Assembly: GCA_973895155.1 (NCBI GenBank)
Contig: OZ316893.1
Location: 28,364,850 to 28,428,849, forward strand
Origin: Marsupella aquatica
Taxonomy: Eukaryota; Plantae; Marchantiophyta
Length of the DNA: 64,000 nucleotides
Direction: 5' to 3'
Shown here: in pieces, positions 1 through 11,762 of the stretch
Layout: each line of letters begins with the position of its first letter
Position numbering within the stretch: the stretch's first letter is position 1
Translations under genes and position numbers: made by a program
Notes under the pieces: model-generated
Database searches by the model: none
What the model saw: only the letters and a program-made list of their open reading frames with translations
Told to the model about the DNA's origin: nothing

Positions 1-1970
1 GGGTGAGGGTGGCCCCCAGTTTTGGGGGTGCGTGCACATGGGGGCGTGTGCAACCCTAATTGAGCATTGGGGGTGTAACGAGCTGGGGGTGAGGGAGGGG
101 GAGGGGTTCCATGGGGGTTGAGGGTGAGGGTGGCCCCCAGTTTTGGGGGTGCGTGCACATGGGGGCGTGTGCAACCCTAATTGAGCATTGGGGGTGTAAC
201 GAGCTGGGGGTGAGGGTGGGGGAGGGGTTCCATGGGGGTTGAGGGTGAGGGTGGCCCCCAGTTTTGGGGGTGCGTGCACATGGGGGCGTGTGCAACCCTA
301 ATTGAGCATTGGGGGTGTAACGAGCTGGGGGTGAGGGTGGGGGAGGGGTTCCATGGGGGTTGAGGGTGAGGGTGGCCCCCAGTTTTGGGGGTGCGTGCAC
401 ATGGGGGCGTGTGCAACCCTTATGTAGCATTGGGGGTGTAACGAGCTGGGGGTGAGGGTGGGGGAGGGGTTCCATGGGGGTTGAGGGTGAGGGTGGCCCC
501 CAGTTTTGGGGGTGCGTGCATTGGGGGTGAGGATGGTCAAGATTGGGGGTGAATCACCCCCAATGTATGCATACTAGGAGTGAGTCCACGCTCCTATCGC
601 GACGAGGTGATCACAACTAGGGGTACGAGTAGTTGGCTTTTTATGTAATTTTGACTTTTTTAAAGTATTGGTAAAACGTTTCATTTTGGTGGATTTGCGC
701 AAATAGCACGTTTTGGAACGTTACGTGCTCGCCTAGCACGTTTTTTTGACAAGTATAGCAAAAAGAAAAAAAGGGTTAGCGTTTAGGGTTTAGGGTTTAG
801 AGTGTCATTCCCAGTTTTCACATGTGGCATACCAGTTTTTTAAGTACTGGTATGATTATTGAATATTGGGGGTGAGTTTGACCCCCAGTTTGTTGTGTGC
901 GCATTTTGGAGGGGCTAGGGGTGGGGGTACCCCGCAATTTTCGGGGTGCGTGTACCAGGGGGCGAGTGCCACCCTACTGTAGCTTTTGGGGGTGTAACGA
1001 GCTGGGGGTGAGGATGGGGGAGGGGTTCCATGGGGGTTGAGGGTGAGGGTGGCCCCCAGTTTTGGGGGTGCGTGCACATGGGGGCGTGTGCAACCCTAAT
1101 TGAGCATTGGGGGTGTAACGAGCTGGGGGTGAGGGTGGGGGAGGGGTTCCATGGGGGTTGAGGGTGAGGGTGGCCCCCAGTTTTGGGGGTGCGTGCACAT
1201 GGGGGCGTGTGCAACCCTAATTGAGCATTGGGGGTGTAACGAGCTGGGGGTGAGGGAGGGGGAGGGGTTCCATGGGGGTTGAGGGTGAGGGTGGCCCCCA
1301 GTTTTGGGGGTGCGTGCACATGGGGGCGTGTGCAACCCTAATGTAGCATTGGGGGTGTAACGAGCTGGGGGTGAGGGTGGGGGAGGGGTTCCATGGGGGT
1401 TGAGGGTGAGGGTGGCCCCCAGTTTTGGGGGTGCGTGCATTGGGGGTGAGGATGGTCAAGATTGGGGGTGAATCACCCCCAATGTATGCATACTAGGAGT
1501 GAGTCCACGCTCCTATCGCGACGAGGTGATCACAACTAGGGGTACGAGTAGTTGGCTTTTTATGTAATTTTGACTTTTTTAAAGTATTGGTAAAACGTTT
1601 CATTTTGGTGGATTTGCGCAAATAGCACGTTTTGGAACGTTACGTGCTCGCCTAGCACGTTTTTTTGACAAGTATAGCAAAAAGAAAAAAAGGGTTAGCG
1701 TTTAGGGTTTAGGGTTTAGAGTGTCATTCCCAGTTTTCACATGTGGCATACCAGTTTTTTAAGTACTGGTATGATTATTGAATATTGGGGGTGAGTTTGA
1801 CCCCCAGTTTGTTGTGTGCGCATTTTGGAGGGGCTAGGGGTGGGGGTACCCCGCAATTTTCGGGGTGCGTGTACCAGGGGGCGAGTGCCACCCTACTGTA
1901 GCTTTTGGGGGTGTAACGAGCTGGGGGTGAGGATGGGGGAGGGGTTCCATGGGGGTTGAGGGTGAGGGTG
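1..1970 (+). repeat. Tandem ~919-bp composite units (TTTAGGG head + 121-bp monomers + unique tail)
   Basis: The unique tail and head at 541-~990 recur essentially identically 919 bp later (e.g. CTAG at 574 and 1493). 121-bp monomers lie between them. Confidence 0.95.
782..800 (+). repeat. Short interstitial plant telomeric repeat (TTTAGGG)2TTTAG; second copy at 1701-1719
   Basis: Read directly. It is preceded by the A-run AAAAAGAAAAAAA (760-772) and GGGTTAGCG. Confidence 0.9.
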
Positions 1971-3743
1971 CACTAGAAGAAAACCACCCATTCTGAGACC
2001 CTCCCCTATGTGACTTGTGCGAGACCTTCATAAATATGCGACTCCAAGTTTGTGGGTGTCATGTTAGTTACATCATACCAACTAAGTTTTGGTGAGGTTG
2101 TGGGAAGTCATGCTTACAACTTTATCCAATGTCGCTATTGTAACACTAGTAAGTAAGAAATAGGTAAGTTATGTTAGTTACTCCACAATAGTGCAATATG
2201 AATTGGACATCATTTTTTAAAATTCCGTCAGCATGCATACCCCATTAGCCAATTTCGGATGCCAATCCCTAATATGCAACTCCCGGTGCAACTACATATT
2301 GCACACTCATGGTTCAATAAGTCCAAATATAATGGGTATAAATATGGGGGTTTTCATCAGAATGGTGGGTACTTTCACTTATAATGTGGATTCATACCTG
2401 ACTATATTTGGCCTTGTTCTTGACCAAAGTGCACTCTCCCCACATTGAACTTTTTGCTAAGTCATTTGCATTGGTTCTTTTATGTCCAAACCAACCTGTT
2501 TGCTAAGTCACTCGATGGCTGCCCACATGTGAGGGGTACTACTTTCCCTCAGGGTCAGTGTACCTTGGAGGTTGGTTTTGCGAGAGATTTTGGGGGTACT
2601 ACTTGCCCTAAGTGTTCAGGGTCAGTGTGCCGCAGAGGTTGGTTTTGCGAGGGAAATTGGGAGTCGACGACCTTCATTCCAGCTGCACTCTTCGCGAACT
2701 TCCTGCAGGGTCGTTTGAAAGTGTTTGAGCGCGACTGGACTTTAGGGTGCAAATGTGTTTAGGATTGGGCCTGCTACGAGCGTCAGTGTGGAGGTCTGCC
2801 AATCAGTTTTGAGGGGAGTCCATTGTCGCTTTTCAACCTGCTGGTGAGCTAAGCTGCTATTGAGTTTCAAGTGAGAGCTGCCGACTTGGAGTTGAGCTCT
2901 ACGAGGTGGTGCCTGAGTGTACATCTGCTCGACATACTTTTGGGAGCTCGTAGTTGGTAGGAGGGCCAAGTCATTGCACAAAAAGTTGCAGCCGTGACAG
3001 TGCAAACTAGCTAGGCGGAGGCTGGTTACTGCAAGCAAGGCGGAGGATCACTGCGAGCTAGGTGGAGGAATGCTGCGCTGCTTCACATTGTGAAGAGACA
3101 TGCTGCATCGGCCCAAGTAAGGTTGCATTGACCTATCTATCTCTATGTCTATAAGGTCCTAACCGATAGTCTGCTTAGTGAGGTCCTGCTTTAAGCTACA
3201 TTTGTGCGATTGATTGTGTCCTCAGAAGCTTAACCATCACATGGGGGAACGGTAGCGAGAAAGGAGGGGTGGAGCCTGATGGTCGCCAAATATTCAAACA
3301 GGGTCGCCTTGCTCGATATTGGTCTCATTGTTTTTTGCTACGGTGTGAAGGCGGCGGAGCTTCTAGTCTGACCTTTGAGTGACTTGCGGTGAGCTTCTAG
3401 TGTGGCTATTGAGGTCGACTGACCTGCATTGACCGAGCTGATCAACCTACTGAGCTGCCATTGGGAGTTGGAGGTTGTGTTGCGTTCAATTTTGGAGTCG
3501 GGAGGCTAAATGCGATAGCTCTGTTCCGGGCTCTGTTCAGCTAATGCAGACGTTTCTGCTCAGGAGACGAGGTAAAATCTATCGACCTTCAAGCTGTTGT
3601 GAGGTTCATTGAAGAGGGAGGTTGAATGCCTAGCGCTATGAGGTGAGGAAAGAGAGTATGGCCAAGCTGCATCTTTAGGGGTTTTGCTTCAGCTTTGACC
3701 ATCTTTCATCGTCGTAATCGCTGCTCTCGCCTATCGCTACATG

Positions 3744-4789
3744 GCGGATTGCTGCTCTGCCCTTTTGGCATGGGTCGCCGGCCTGCTGGATGCTATCTCC
3801 AGTTTAAAAACAAGTCATATCCTAAGTCCCGGTGTTGCAGTAGTGTCCCCGACTCTAAGATGGAACAGAGTATCATCTTTCTTGTTTCCTGCTGCTGCTG
3901 ATGTATGTCTATTCTCCCCTATTTTTGCTTACTGATTGGTCTCTCCACGCTTCTTGCTTGACTTGCTGCTTCCTTCAATCCCCTATCGCGGACTCACCTC
4001 GTGGCTGCAAGTATAGTTGTCTAGGTGATGTATGCATTGCGTGTTTAGGGTCTAGGTGACATCGCTGCTGAGCAAAATTCGCGAGCTGCCTAGGTCCATT
4101 GCCGAATGCTGCTTCCTTCAATCGCCAGGTGCCTGCTGTTACAATTGCCTACTCAATCATGCACCCAATCTCCTGGAGCTCATTCGCCTAGAGCTTCATC
4201 CGTCAGATTCAAACTATTATTGGACCTCCCTGTTGCCCGAAGTGTATACACTCCTAGCATTGTCGTCCCAAACTGCAAAACGCTTCTCCCTGTTCTGTCC
4301 TCGTGCTTCACTATTTGTATTCAGGTGTTTTTATCAGTTTCAGAGGGGAGGTCATTGTTTCTGCAAGTTGTTGGTGAGCTAAGCTTCCGCTGTGTGTAGG
4401 TTTAGGGAGTTGCGCGTGCGAGCTAACGACTTGGACCTGAGGCCACAATCTTTTAGGGAGCTTGGAGTGGAAGCCGACAACTTGGAGCGGGACTTCAACT
4501 TGCTATTACTAGCTACCTTGGACAAAGGTGACAGTCAGTAGCGCAAAGGTGAGACTCGGTAGTTTTAGCGGATTGTTGCTCTGCCCTTTTGCCATGGGTC
4601 GCCGGCCTGCCGGATGCTACTAGCAGATTAAGAACAACTCATATCCTAAGTCCCGGTGTTGCAGTGGTGTCCCCGACCCTAAGATGCCACCCAAAATCAT
4701 CTTTCTTGTTTCCTGCTGCTGCTGATCATGTATGTATGTTCTCCCCTATTTTTGCTTACTGATTGGTCTCTCCACATTTCTTGCTTGAC
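3744..4789 (+). repeat. Diverged ~220-bp direct duplication (3744-3962 and 4568-4789) in the CACTA 5' region
   Basis: Both copies share GCGGATTG.TGCTCTGCCCTTTT...TCATATCCTAAGTCCCGGTGTTGCAG...CTCCCCTATTTTTGCTTACTGATTGGTCTCTCCAC. Confidence 0.85.
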
Positions 4790-7700
4790 ATGACTATTTT
4801 GCTCCTCCCTGTATCAGAACATGCCTTGTGCCCCGTGCTCTGGCAATGGGGTGGGGGGCTGAACAGACGGCCTTAAGGTCCACTAAATTTATAGGAACCG
4901 TGCAATCGTTCAGCTGATTTTAGCAGCAAGTTCCCTTGCTTTCCCCTATTTTTGCTAAGATCCCTCCCCACTAATCACATGCATCCTTTACTTTTCTCGG
5001 TGGCCCGTGCACCTGCCTTCCTACTTTCGTTCTTATGGACTTTCCTTAGGTTTTCTTTCACCTGATTTTGGACTTTTTGCTCCGGTGGAATCTGTCTTGA
5101 CAACTTGTGTTTGTTCTAATTGTTAATATCTCAAGAGGGTCGTCAACTAAGCTCACAGGAGTCAAAGCTAACTACAAGCTAGCAAATAGGGAGAATGCTC
5201 CCAAGTCGAGTCAGGAGGAAGTTACTAAAACTAGACCTTCAGAACTCTCGAAACTGGAAAGTGAAATTCAGCCTGAGACACGCAGCTGAAGGCCACAAGG
5301 ATAACTATATGGCCACGCTGTCCCTCATTCAAGTCCAAAGTCCTCTTCAGATTGTCTGAACTCCTATCTGAACTCCTGAACTGGATGAAGTCCTGTCTGA
5401 ATGTGAAGTTCAGATTGGCAATCTCAAATGGCAAGTTCTGAACTCTTGTCTGAACTTCATCCACCCTTCTAAACTGGGATTTGTGCTACGTGTATAGACT
5501 CCACATTGTTGCTTCTCCCTTTCGGGCCAGCCCTCCTTGTGAAACGTAGGAGCACGATCATGGCACTTACACATAGTCTGACATTCAAAAAATGTTACTT
5601 CTCAGCAGCATGTTTCGAGTAGTTTGCCTGTGTGTTGAGCCCGGGGTTGAGCCTAATTATTTGTTTATTGCTTTAGTAACATGCATGGCCAATTGGTTTC
5701 TCTTCATGTAAAGGCAAGTTTTTGAAACTTACTACTTGAATTGGTGGTTTGAATTTAGTTAAGTGTTGAGAAATTAGCATTCACACTAACTATTTTTCTT
5801 TTGTGATTGAGTTCTCTTTGCTATTGAATGTATTGAATAATTATTTCATCACAGAAATTTTCAGAACAAACACGGAAGCACCAGGGGGCTGAGGATTGGA
5901 TATTGAGGCTGAAGACATTGAGGTAATAAACTGGGTGTGGTTCGGGTGACAATGTTAGCAACTGGTGCTTCTTCAGGGGAACTTCCCATGTGCAAAATAT
6001 CCACACATGATTGACTTTGGTTCTTGCTGTTTTTCTTTTGGTGTACTCTTCAGTTTGGTGTCACTCTATCCTTTCTTGTAGCCTCGAAATAGGAACACAC
6101 CTGCTTAGTGGTCCCCAATTGCCCAATGATTTATAATGACTGTGTCTAGGCGATGTATGCATTGCGTGTTCATTCCAGAAGAATGAATATGTACACTTTG
6201 CACAAACCTGGACAGATTTTGAATGTTATTTATCTGAGTTTCTGTTTGTGAGCTCTGACTTGGAGCCTTAACATTTGTGTTTTTGTGGGGCTGAGCAGAG
6301 TTTGTTCCGTCCAGAAGCTGCTGTACTGAAGTGATCGGCCTCCGGCTTGGAGGTGAATCTTCAATTTTTTGTGGATCCGAGTGACTTCTGTCCAGCTGAG
6401 TTTTGCTTTGTCGGGACGATTGTGTTTGGCTAAGATGCTAGATTGTGGCTTGTCTTCTTGCTTCCAGCTTGTGTATATTCAATTAATAGAAGTTGGGAAC
6501 GAGGTGATAATTGAATTTCCTTATATTAAGCATCTTGACCTAGAAACTCAATACATAAACTCCTGGAGTCCCTCGGGACATAAAATGAGCCAAATTGTTT
6601 CAAAATTGGGAACCTACACCCGCACTACTCAAACAAATGTGTTGGGCTTGGTGGCCTTGTAAGTCGTCTTTAGCTTTCGCGATGGAGGTTGAATCTTGCG
6701 GTACGTCAAGGGGAACTTGATCTTTGAATCATGGAACTGCTTGGTACTTTCTCGCTTGCACAGAGAGACAGGGACTGTCGTAGTCTTGATGATCTGGATG
6801 CAAGGGAACCGAACTCTATGACAAGAAGCCATCTCATCATACATCTGCTGTGTGGTTGTTTAATGTGGTATCACAATATTTCTTGTACATGTTGGGATAA
6901 CCTGTACAACTCTGATACCTCACCCAGATACCAAAGTTCTTAATTGTGGTGGGCTTCTTTTCGAAGATCTGGTAGACACATTATTCAGCATTTGCTAACT
7001 TCGAAACTAGAAGGGTAACACATTAAACAACAGAGAAACTCACAACATCCTCCTTTGGTCCTTCAGAGTCTGTACTTTGATTATGAAGTTTGATTGAGTT
7101 TCTGTTTACTGAAAGAATGTGACTGTGTAAGAGTTCCGTTTGGCAGTGGATTGGTTGAAGCACTTCATGCTAGTGTGTTGTCCACAGCTCTTCAACCAGC
7201 TTTCGTCTTCCTTGTCTTTCACCACTTACGATGACATCAATTCAGCTAAGACCATAGAAGGTTCCAAAGCATCTAACTTGTAAAATCGCATTCTGTTACA
7301 TCAAGGACTAAGGTGTTGGGTGCCAAAGGAGACAGCACAACAAACACGCTGAAAAGACTTCAGGACTGGGTTCAACAAGGTAGTGAAGGTGCTTAGAGCC
7401 ATAGTAAGTATGCATTCTGTATTTTTCTCTGTTGATGTGAGCTTGTGCATAATGGGAGTTGTAGTTGGCAAGAGTTCCAAATATGAATAGATCCAGAAGT
7501 ATGTGATCATGTACTTGCTCTATAAAGTTCTGAAGATATAAGCATTTTCTGTTAGACCAGGCAACTTGGGAGTTGGTAAGTGTCACCTGCATCTGAGGGG
7601 CTACACCGGGGGCATCAGTGGAGGTTCACTTGCACAACACGACAACCAGTGAATTTTCTCTCTGCTGCAACCTGCAAGGTGAGACTTTCGGTCTTTCTGG

Positions 7701-7963
7701 ATGAAAAAACAGGATTTTAATACGATTGATATACATGTCCATCGAGAATATGGGTTTATCACCAAGCTCTTTGTCTTAGGAAACTCATAAACTCAGAATC
7801 AAATATGTACTATGCACGTTTCATGCTATGTGTATACTATGACCTGTAGTTGAGTGGGAACTGATTAGTTTAGGTGGTTGCTGTTGGCGAGGCAAGTCGA
7901 CCTCCTGCTCACCTTGCTCATCAAAGGACGTGAACAGAGGACATCACAACAAAAGCAACACTT

Positions 7964-8413
7964 ATGGTGAGGACCCGCAACGCTGAACATGTGCGACTTG
8001 CACGCAAGGCAGAGATGTTGCGCCTTGAGTATGTCAGACTTGGGATCCTTCCAGCCCAGTCTGCATGGTACTTTGAGTACCCTGTTGTTTCCAGGAACAA
8101 CTACAGCCGGCCTCTACTTGCTTCAGTACCCTTCCCGACATCCTTGGTATTTGTGTCTCTTGTACATGACCCGCCACAAATTAGGTGCCAAGGGTGTGTA
8201 CACAGTTGCCAATATGACTGTCCTGCCTGTAGGGCTTCTGGCCCAGAATTGGATGACCGTTCTCTTGGATGCCGATTTTTGCATAGAGCACAATGTATCA
8301 TTTGGAACCACTCGCCATCCTGCAGTGTGCCTGGTGATGTCACTTGTCCTGCCCTCCCAGACCCCACCACCGGTGACTTTGGTGTCTACACATGTTTGGA
8401 TCACATGCTCTAG
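7964..8413 (+). CDS. Cys/His-rich putative zinc-finger protein (149 aa), CACTA cargo
   Basis: ATG-started ORF with CxxC..C...CxxC, C-x3-H-x3-C and a terminal CxxH. It is on the same strand as the other element genes. The family is not recognised. Confidence 0.45.
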   Translation: MVRTRNAEHVRLARKAEMLRLEYVRLGILPAQSAWYFEYPVVSRNNYSRPLLASVPFPTSLVFVSLVHDPPQIRCQGCVHSCQYDCPACRASGPELDDRSLGCRFLHRAQCIIWNHSPSCSVPGDVTCPALPDPTTGDFGVYTCLDHML

Positions 8414-9028
8414 AGGACCACTTGTCACACCGCATGCACAGACCAGATACCATTGACCTATAGCTTAACACTCTGACTTCAACACAGAGGATATTTACTT
8501 AAAATTTTGATGTATGAGCAATTTTGGGTCCAGGGTTTAGGGTCAACAGTATATAACTTATATCCTATTATGCCTGCACTAAGCAAAATATCCTAATTTA
8601 AGAGGCTAGCAAACTCGCATAAAAGTCTCTATTGAAAGACTGCTTTCATGACTGCTTTAACCTGGTGAACATTGCAACGTTGAATGAATTAATGGGCCAT
8701 GTGATAATATGCAAAATGATTTATGCCTCACTTATTTGTCTCAGCCACTATCATAACCTATTTAGGATGTATAAATTTCAACCCTTATGACACTGCTTCA
8801 TACCAATCCTCTTCGAAGAATGCCTGTTTTACATGTCACGACTATTGTATGTGATTCAAATGCATGAAATGTTGTTGCAGATCTCCTTTGGTGAATCATA
8901 GCCACAATTAAAATTGAGGTGTTGGTGGAGAAATTGTATTAGGGGATCAGTTTTGTGTGTGGGCTCAACATACCAAAAGTATGTGTGCTCTGCATCCTTG
9001 TGTGGCCATTCCAATTCATTGCAGTAGC

Positions 9029-9172
9029 AAATGCCTTTGTACCTTAAATGCTAAATATATTTTACTTTCTGTGCAGTCTGCTAAATTGTAGAGTCTATCT
9101 AAATGCCTTTGTACCTTAAATGCTAAATATATATTACTTTCTGTGCAGTCTGCTAAATTGTAGAGTCTATCT
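9029..9172 (+). repeat. 72-bp tandem duplication just upstream of the PHD ORF
   Basis: AAATGCCTTTGTACC...GAGTCTATCT at 9029-9100 and 9101-9172, one mismatch. Each copy contains a TTTCTGTGCAG acceptor-like site. Confidence 0.9.
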
Positions 9173-9183
9173 CATGCGCAGGC

Positions 9184-9864
9184 ATGGCACGGCCTAAAAT
9201 TCAAGCCAAAAAGCGTGTGACAGAGGTGAGAAACACAGGTGTACTTGGGGCAGATGCTACTAACTTCTCTGCAAGTCAGATTTTCCAGAAGGCAGCTCAT
9301 TGTTGTGCCATTTGTGACGATGGTGGGGGCCTGGTCATTTGTGAGGGCCCTTGCATGAGGCATTTCCACCTCAACCCGGAGTCTGACCTTGCTGCAGAAA
9401 ACAACTGTCCAGGGGTGGGCCTCCCGTCAACACACCAGGGAGACTGGATGTGCACTGATTGTTTGGAGAAGCAGGCTAAGTGTGCACAGTGTGGGAAGTT
9501 GGGGTCCTATGAGGGCTCTGTTGATGCTGCAGCAAATGTTAGGAAATGTCCAGACCGTTTTTGTGTGAGATTTTTCTGTTTTGAGTGTTTGCCTGCTCAT
9601 GCCACAGCTTGCCCACTTCATAGGTGCAAGGCATGTGGTGAGCATGATGATGACTACTGGACTGACATAGTCCACTGTGCTAGGTGTCCCACTATGTGGC
9701 ACTATCATTGCCTGAAAGATCATCAAGCAGAGGGTTATGCTTGTGACAGAGAAATCTATGATCACTCTGCACATGGTGTTGATCGATGGATATTTTATTG
9801 TCATCGCCATGCCATTGATCCTACCTCGCGCACTCCTGTGAGAGATCACATATCTTGGCTGTGA
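9184..9864 (+). CDS. Stand-alone EDM2-like composite (triple) PHD-finger protein, 226 aa, CACTA cargo
   Basis: CAICDDGGGLVICEGPCMRHFH...CPLHRCKAC...CARCPTMWHYHCL...IFYCHRHAID...TPVRDH parallels the EDM2 PHD region as I recall it (CAICDNGG..CEG.C.R.FH, CPLHKC, CRRCP..YH..CL, IYC..H.ID...TPVRDH). The ORF is intact and intronless. Confidence 0.88.
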   Translation: MARPKIQAKKRVTEVRNTGVLGADATNFSASQIFQKAAHCCAICDDGGGLVICEGPCMRHFHLNPESDLAAENNCPGVGLPSTHQGDWMCTDCLEKQAKCAQCGKLGSYEGSVDAAANVRKCPDRFCVRFFCFECLPAHATACPLHRCKACGEHDDDYWTDIVHCARCPTMWHYHCLKDHQAEGYACDREIYDHSAHGVDRWIFYCHRHAIDPTSRTPVRDHISWL

Positions 9865-10456
9865 AGCTGAACATTGTACATGCACAGTGCACCTGATGTG
9901 GATGTACTATTTTTTGAGATTGCAGAGATTCCAATTTTGAAAAGGAGTTGGGTAGGCGAGTTTATATAGGCAGCACTTATCTTGTGCTCTGGCGTCAGTG
10001 GCTGGGTACATGCCTATACAAACTTATCCTTACAAGCCTTCTTGGAAGTATTTAGGCTGAGTGGTCATTTTCATAAACACTTTCATCACACTGCTAAATT
10101 AAAACAGGACTTCTAAGTTGTAAGCGTATAAATTATCAGGCATGCAATTAATCAAATTGCCCTATAAGTTTGTCATTGAATGTATCCTCCTTTACAACAA
10201 AATATGTATGTGCCATGACAAGTTGGTTGCACTTCATTTCACCACGGATATGGATTTTGTAGTATATATTCAAACAATGTCCTGCATCCGTGCAGGTGCC
10301 TAGTACGTATTGTTCACATATCCCTTGTACCTATCAAAATCGGACCTGAGCACCAGTGGGCCAGATCAACTCAAAAAGCAGGAATTTTGTTGTCCTTGTA
10401 TTGTCAGGTGAACCCATTCTTCCAAAATTCACTGTCATCACGTAGGGTGTGTGTAC

Positions 10457-11329
10457 ATGGAGCCTGGTAAACGTAGAAAGTGTGACCACCCAGCAGTGTT
10501 TACAGGGGTCAGAGCGATTTTGGTCCATGGCCAGCATGGGTTGACCAAAGTGCATTGGCCAACTGTACAGAAACGATTCTCTGAGCTCCATGGCACTGTA
10601 GTTCAGGACATCACTCCAGAGACTACACATGTTGTTGCAGGGACATGGCTATCAGTGATAAAGAAGTGGTCATGGTCCTACATGAATTCTGCAATTACTA
10701 AGCAAGGCCTAAAAGTAGTTGAGGCCTCTTGGATCACAGATTCCATAGCACATAAGATTGTACAGGATACTGAGCAATATGAGTTGTGGGAGGATGAAGA
10801 AGCTACTGCATCAGCTTGGGCTGAACAAGAAGTCTGGGAAGCAAAGGCACGGCTTGCTGATCTCCAATATGGACCTGTACTCAACAAAGGACAGAGCTCT
10901 ACAAGGCTGAAGAGTATGTTGGCTGAGGAGACGAAGCAACCAACCCCCATTCTGAAAGGGCTGAGCATGGTATTTGTGGAGGCGGGAATTGGAGAGGTTA
11001 AGTGCAAAGTGTACAAGTCCACAGTGCTTGACCTAGGTGGGACAGTGGAGGAGAATATAACAGAGGACACCACTCATGTCATTACTAAGTCATATCCCAA
11101 AGCCTGCCGCAAGTTTGGGAAGGGAGACATTCGCTTTTATGTCATGTCCCATAATGTGTTTGTGGTTTCATATGCTTGGCTTGTGGAATCAGTAGCAGCT
11201 GGGAAGCGTCAAAACCCAATGGACTATGATCTTTTTGAGGCCTGGCCACGGAAGGGTCAGGATCCTTACAGAGAGGACTATGAGACAACAAGTGAGGAAT
11301 GGGTCATTAGCGATTCTGAATCAGAGTGA
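10457..11329 (+). CDS. Tandem BRCT-domain protein (~290 aa; DNA polymerase lambda-type BRCTs), CACTA cargo
   Basis: Two BRCT repeats: F.G..., G.V...I...TTHVV, V...WI.DS, then LKG...FVE.G, LGGTVEE..TTHVI, V.YAWLVES...G. There is an acidic tail. The first ATG is at 10457; the ORF track starts at GTG 10451. Confidence 0.85.
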   Translation: MEPGKRRKCDHPAVFTGVRAILVHGQHGLTKVHWPTVQKRFSELHGTVVQDITPETTHVVAGTWLSVIKKWSWSYMNSAITKQGLKVVEASWITDSIAHKIVQDTEQYELWEDEEATASAWAEQEVWEAKARLADLQYGPVLNKGQSSTRLKSMLAEETKQPTPILKGLSMVFVEAGIGEVKCKVYKSTVLDLGGTVEENITEDTTHVITKSYPKACRKFGKGDIRFYVMSHNVFVVSYAWLVESVAAGKRQNPMDYDLFEAWPRKGQDPYREDYETTSEEWVISDSESE

Positions 11330-11762
11330 GGAGTAGTAGCATCAGTTTGGACACAAGTTTTTTTGTATAAATCAGATCATTGAAATAAATGTGATCTTTG
11401 AACTAATGTACCTTGTTATGGTTGGTGGCAGTTGGGCTTATTTTACTGTTGGCGGATTGTTGTTTCCTGCTGCCTGGGGGTGTCACTGTAAACGTACATG
11501 CAGAGGCGGTACATTTGAGGACAGCGGAGGAGGTGGTGACACCCTCCAACATTTAGAAATTTTGTGTCATTCACTTGACAATAGGTACACTACTTGCGAA
11601 CCTGTTTTTTTCTTTTGGGGTGGTTTAGGGTTTGTGAGAATTTAGTACACGTTATGTTAACTCTTTTGGCAGATACAGTCAGGGATATATGGAACACAAA
11701 TACCACCATTAGGCATCCTTGTTCACTGCTGTCCATGACTGCAGAGCTCCCAGCCTGTTACA

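Noticed and set aside
541-780. Unit tail as a 5S rRNA, tRNA or snRNA gene
   Set aside because: Hairpins are present, but I recognise no 5S sequence, A/B boxes or cloverleaf. An Rfam scan would be decisive.
2233-7592. Short ORFs in the CACTA 5' region as genes
   Set aside because: No recognisable domains, many non-ATG starts, and overlap with duplicated non-coding segments.
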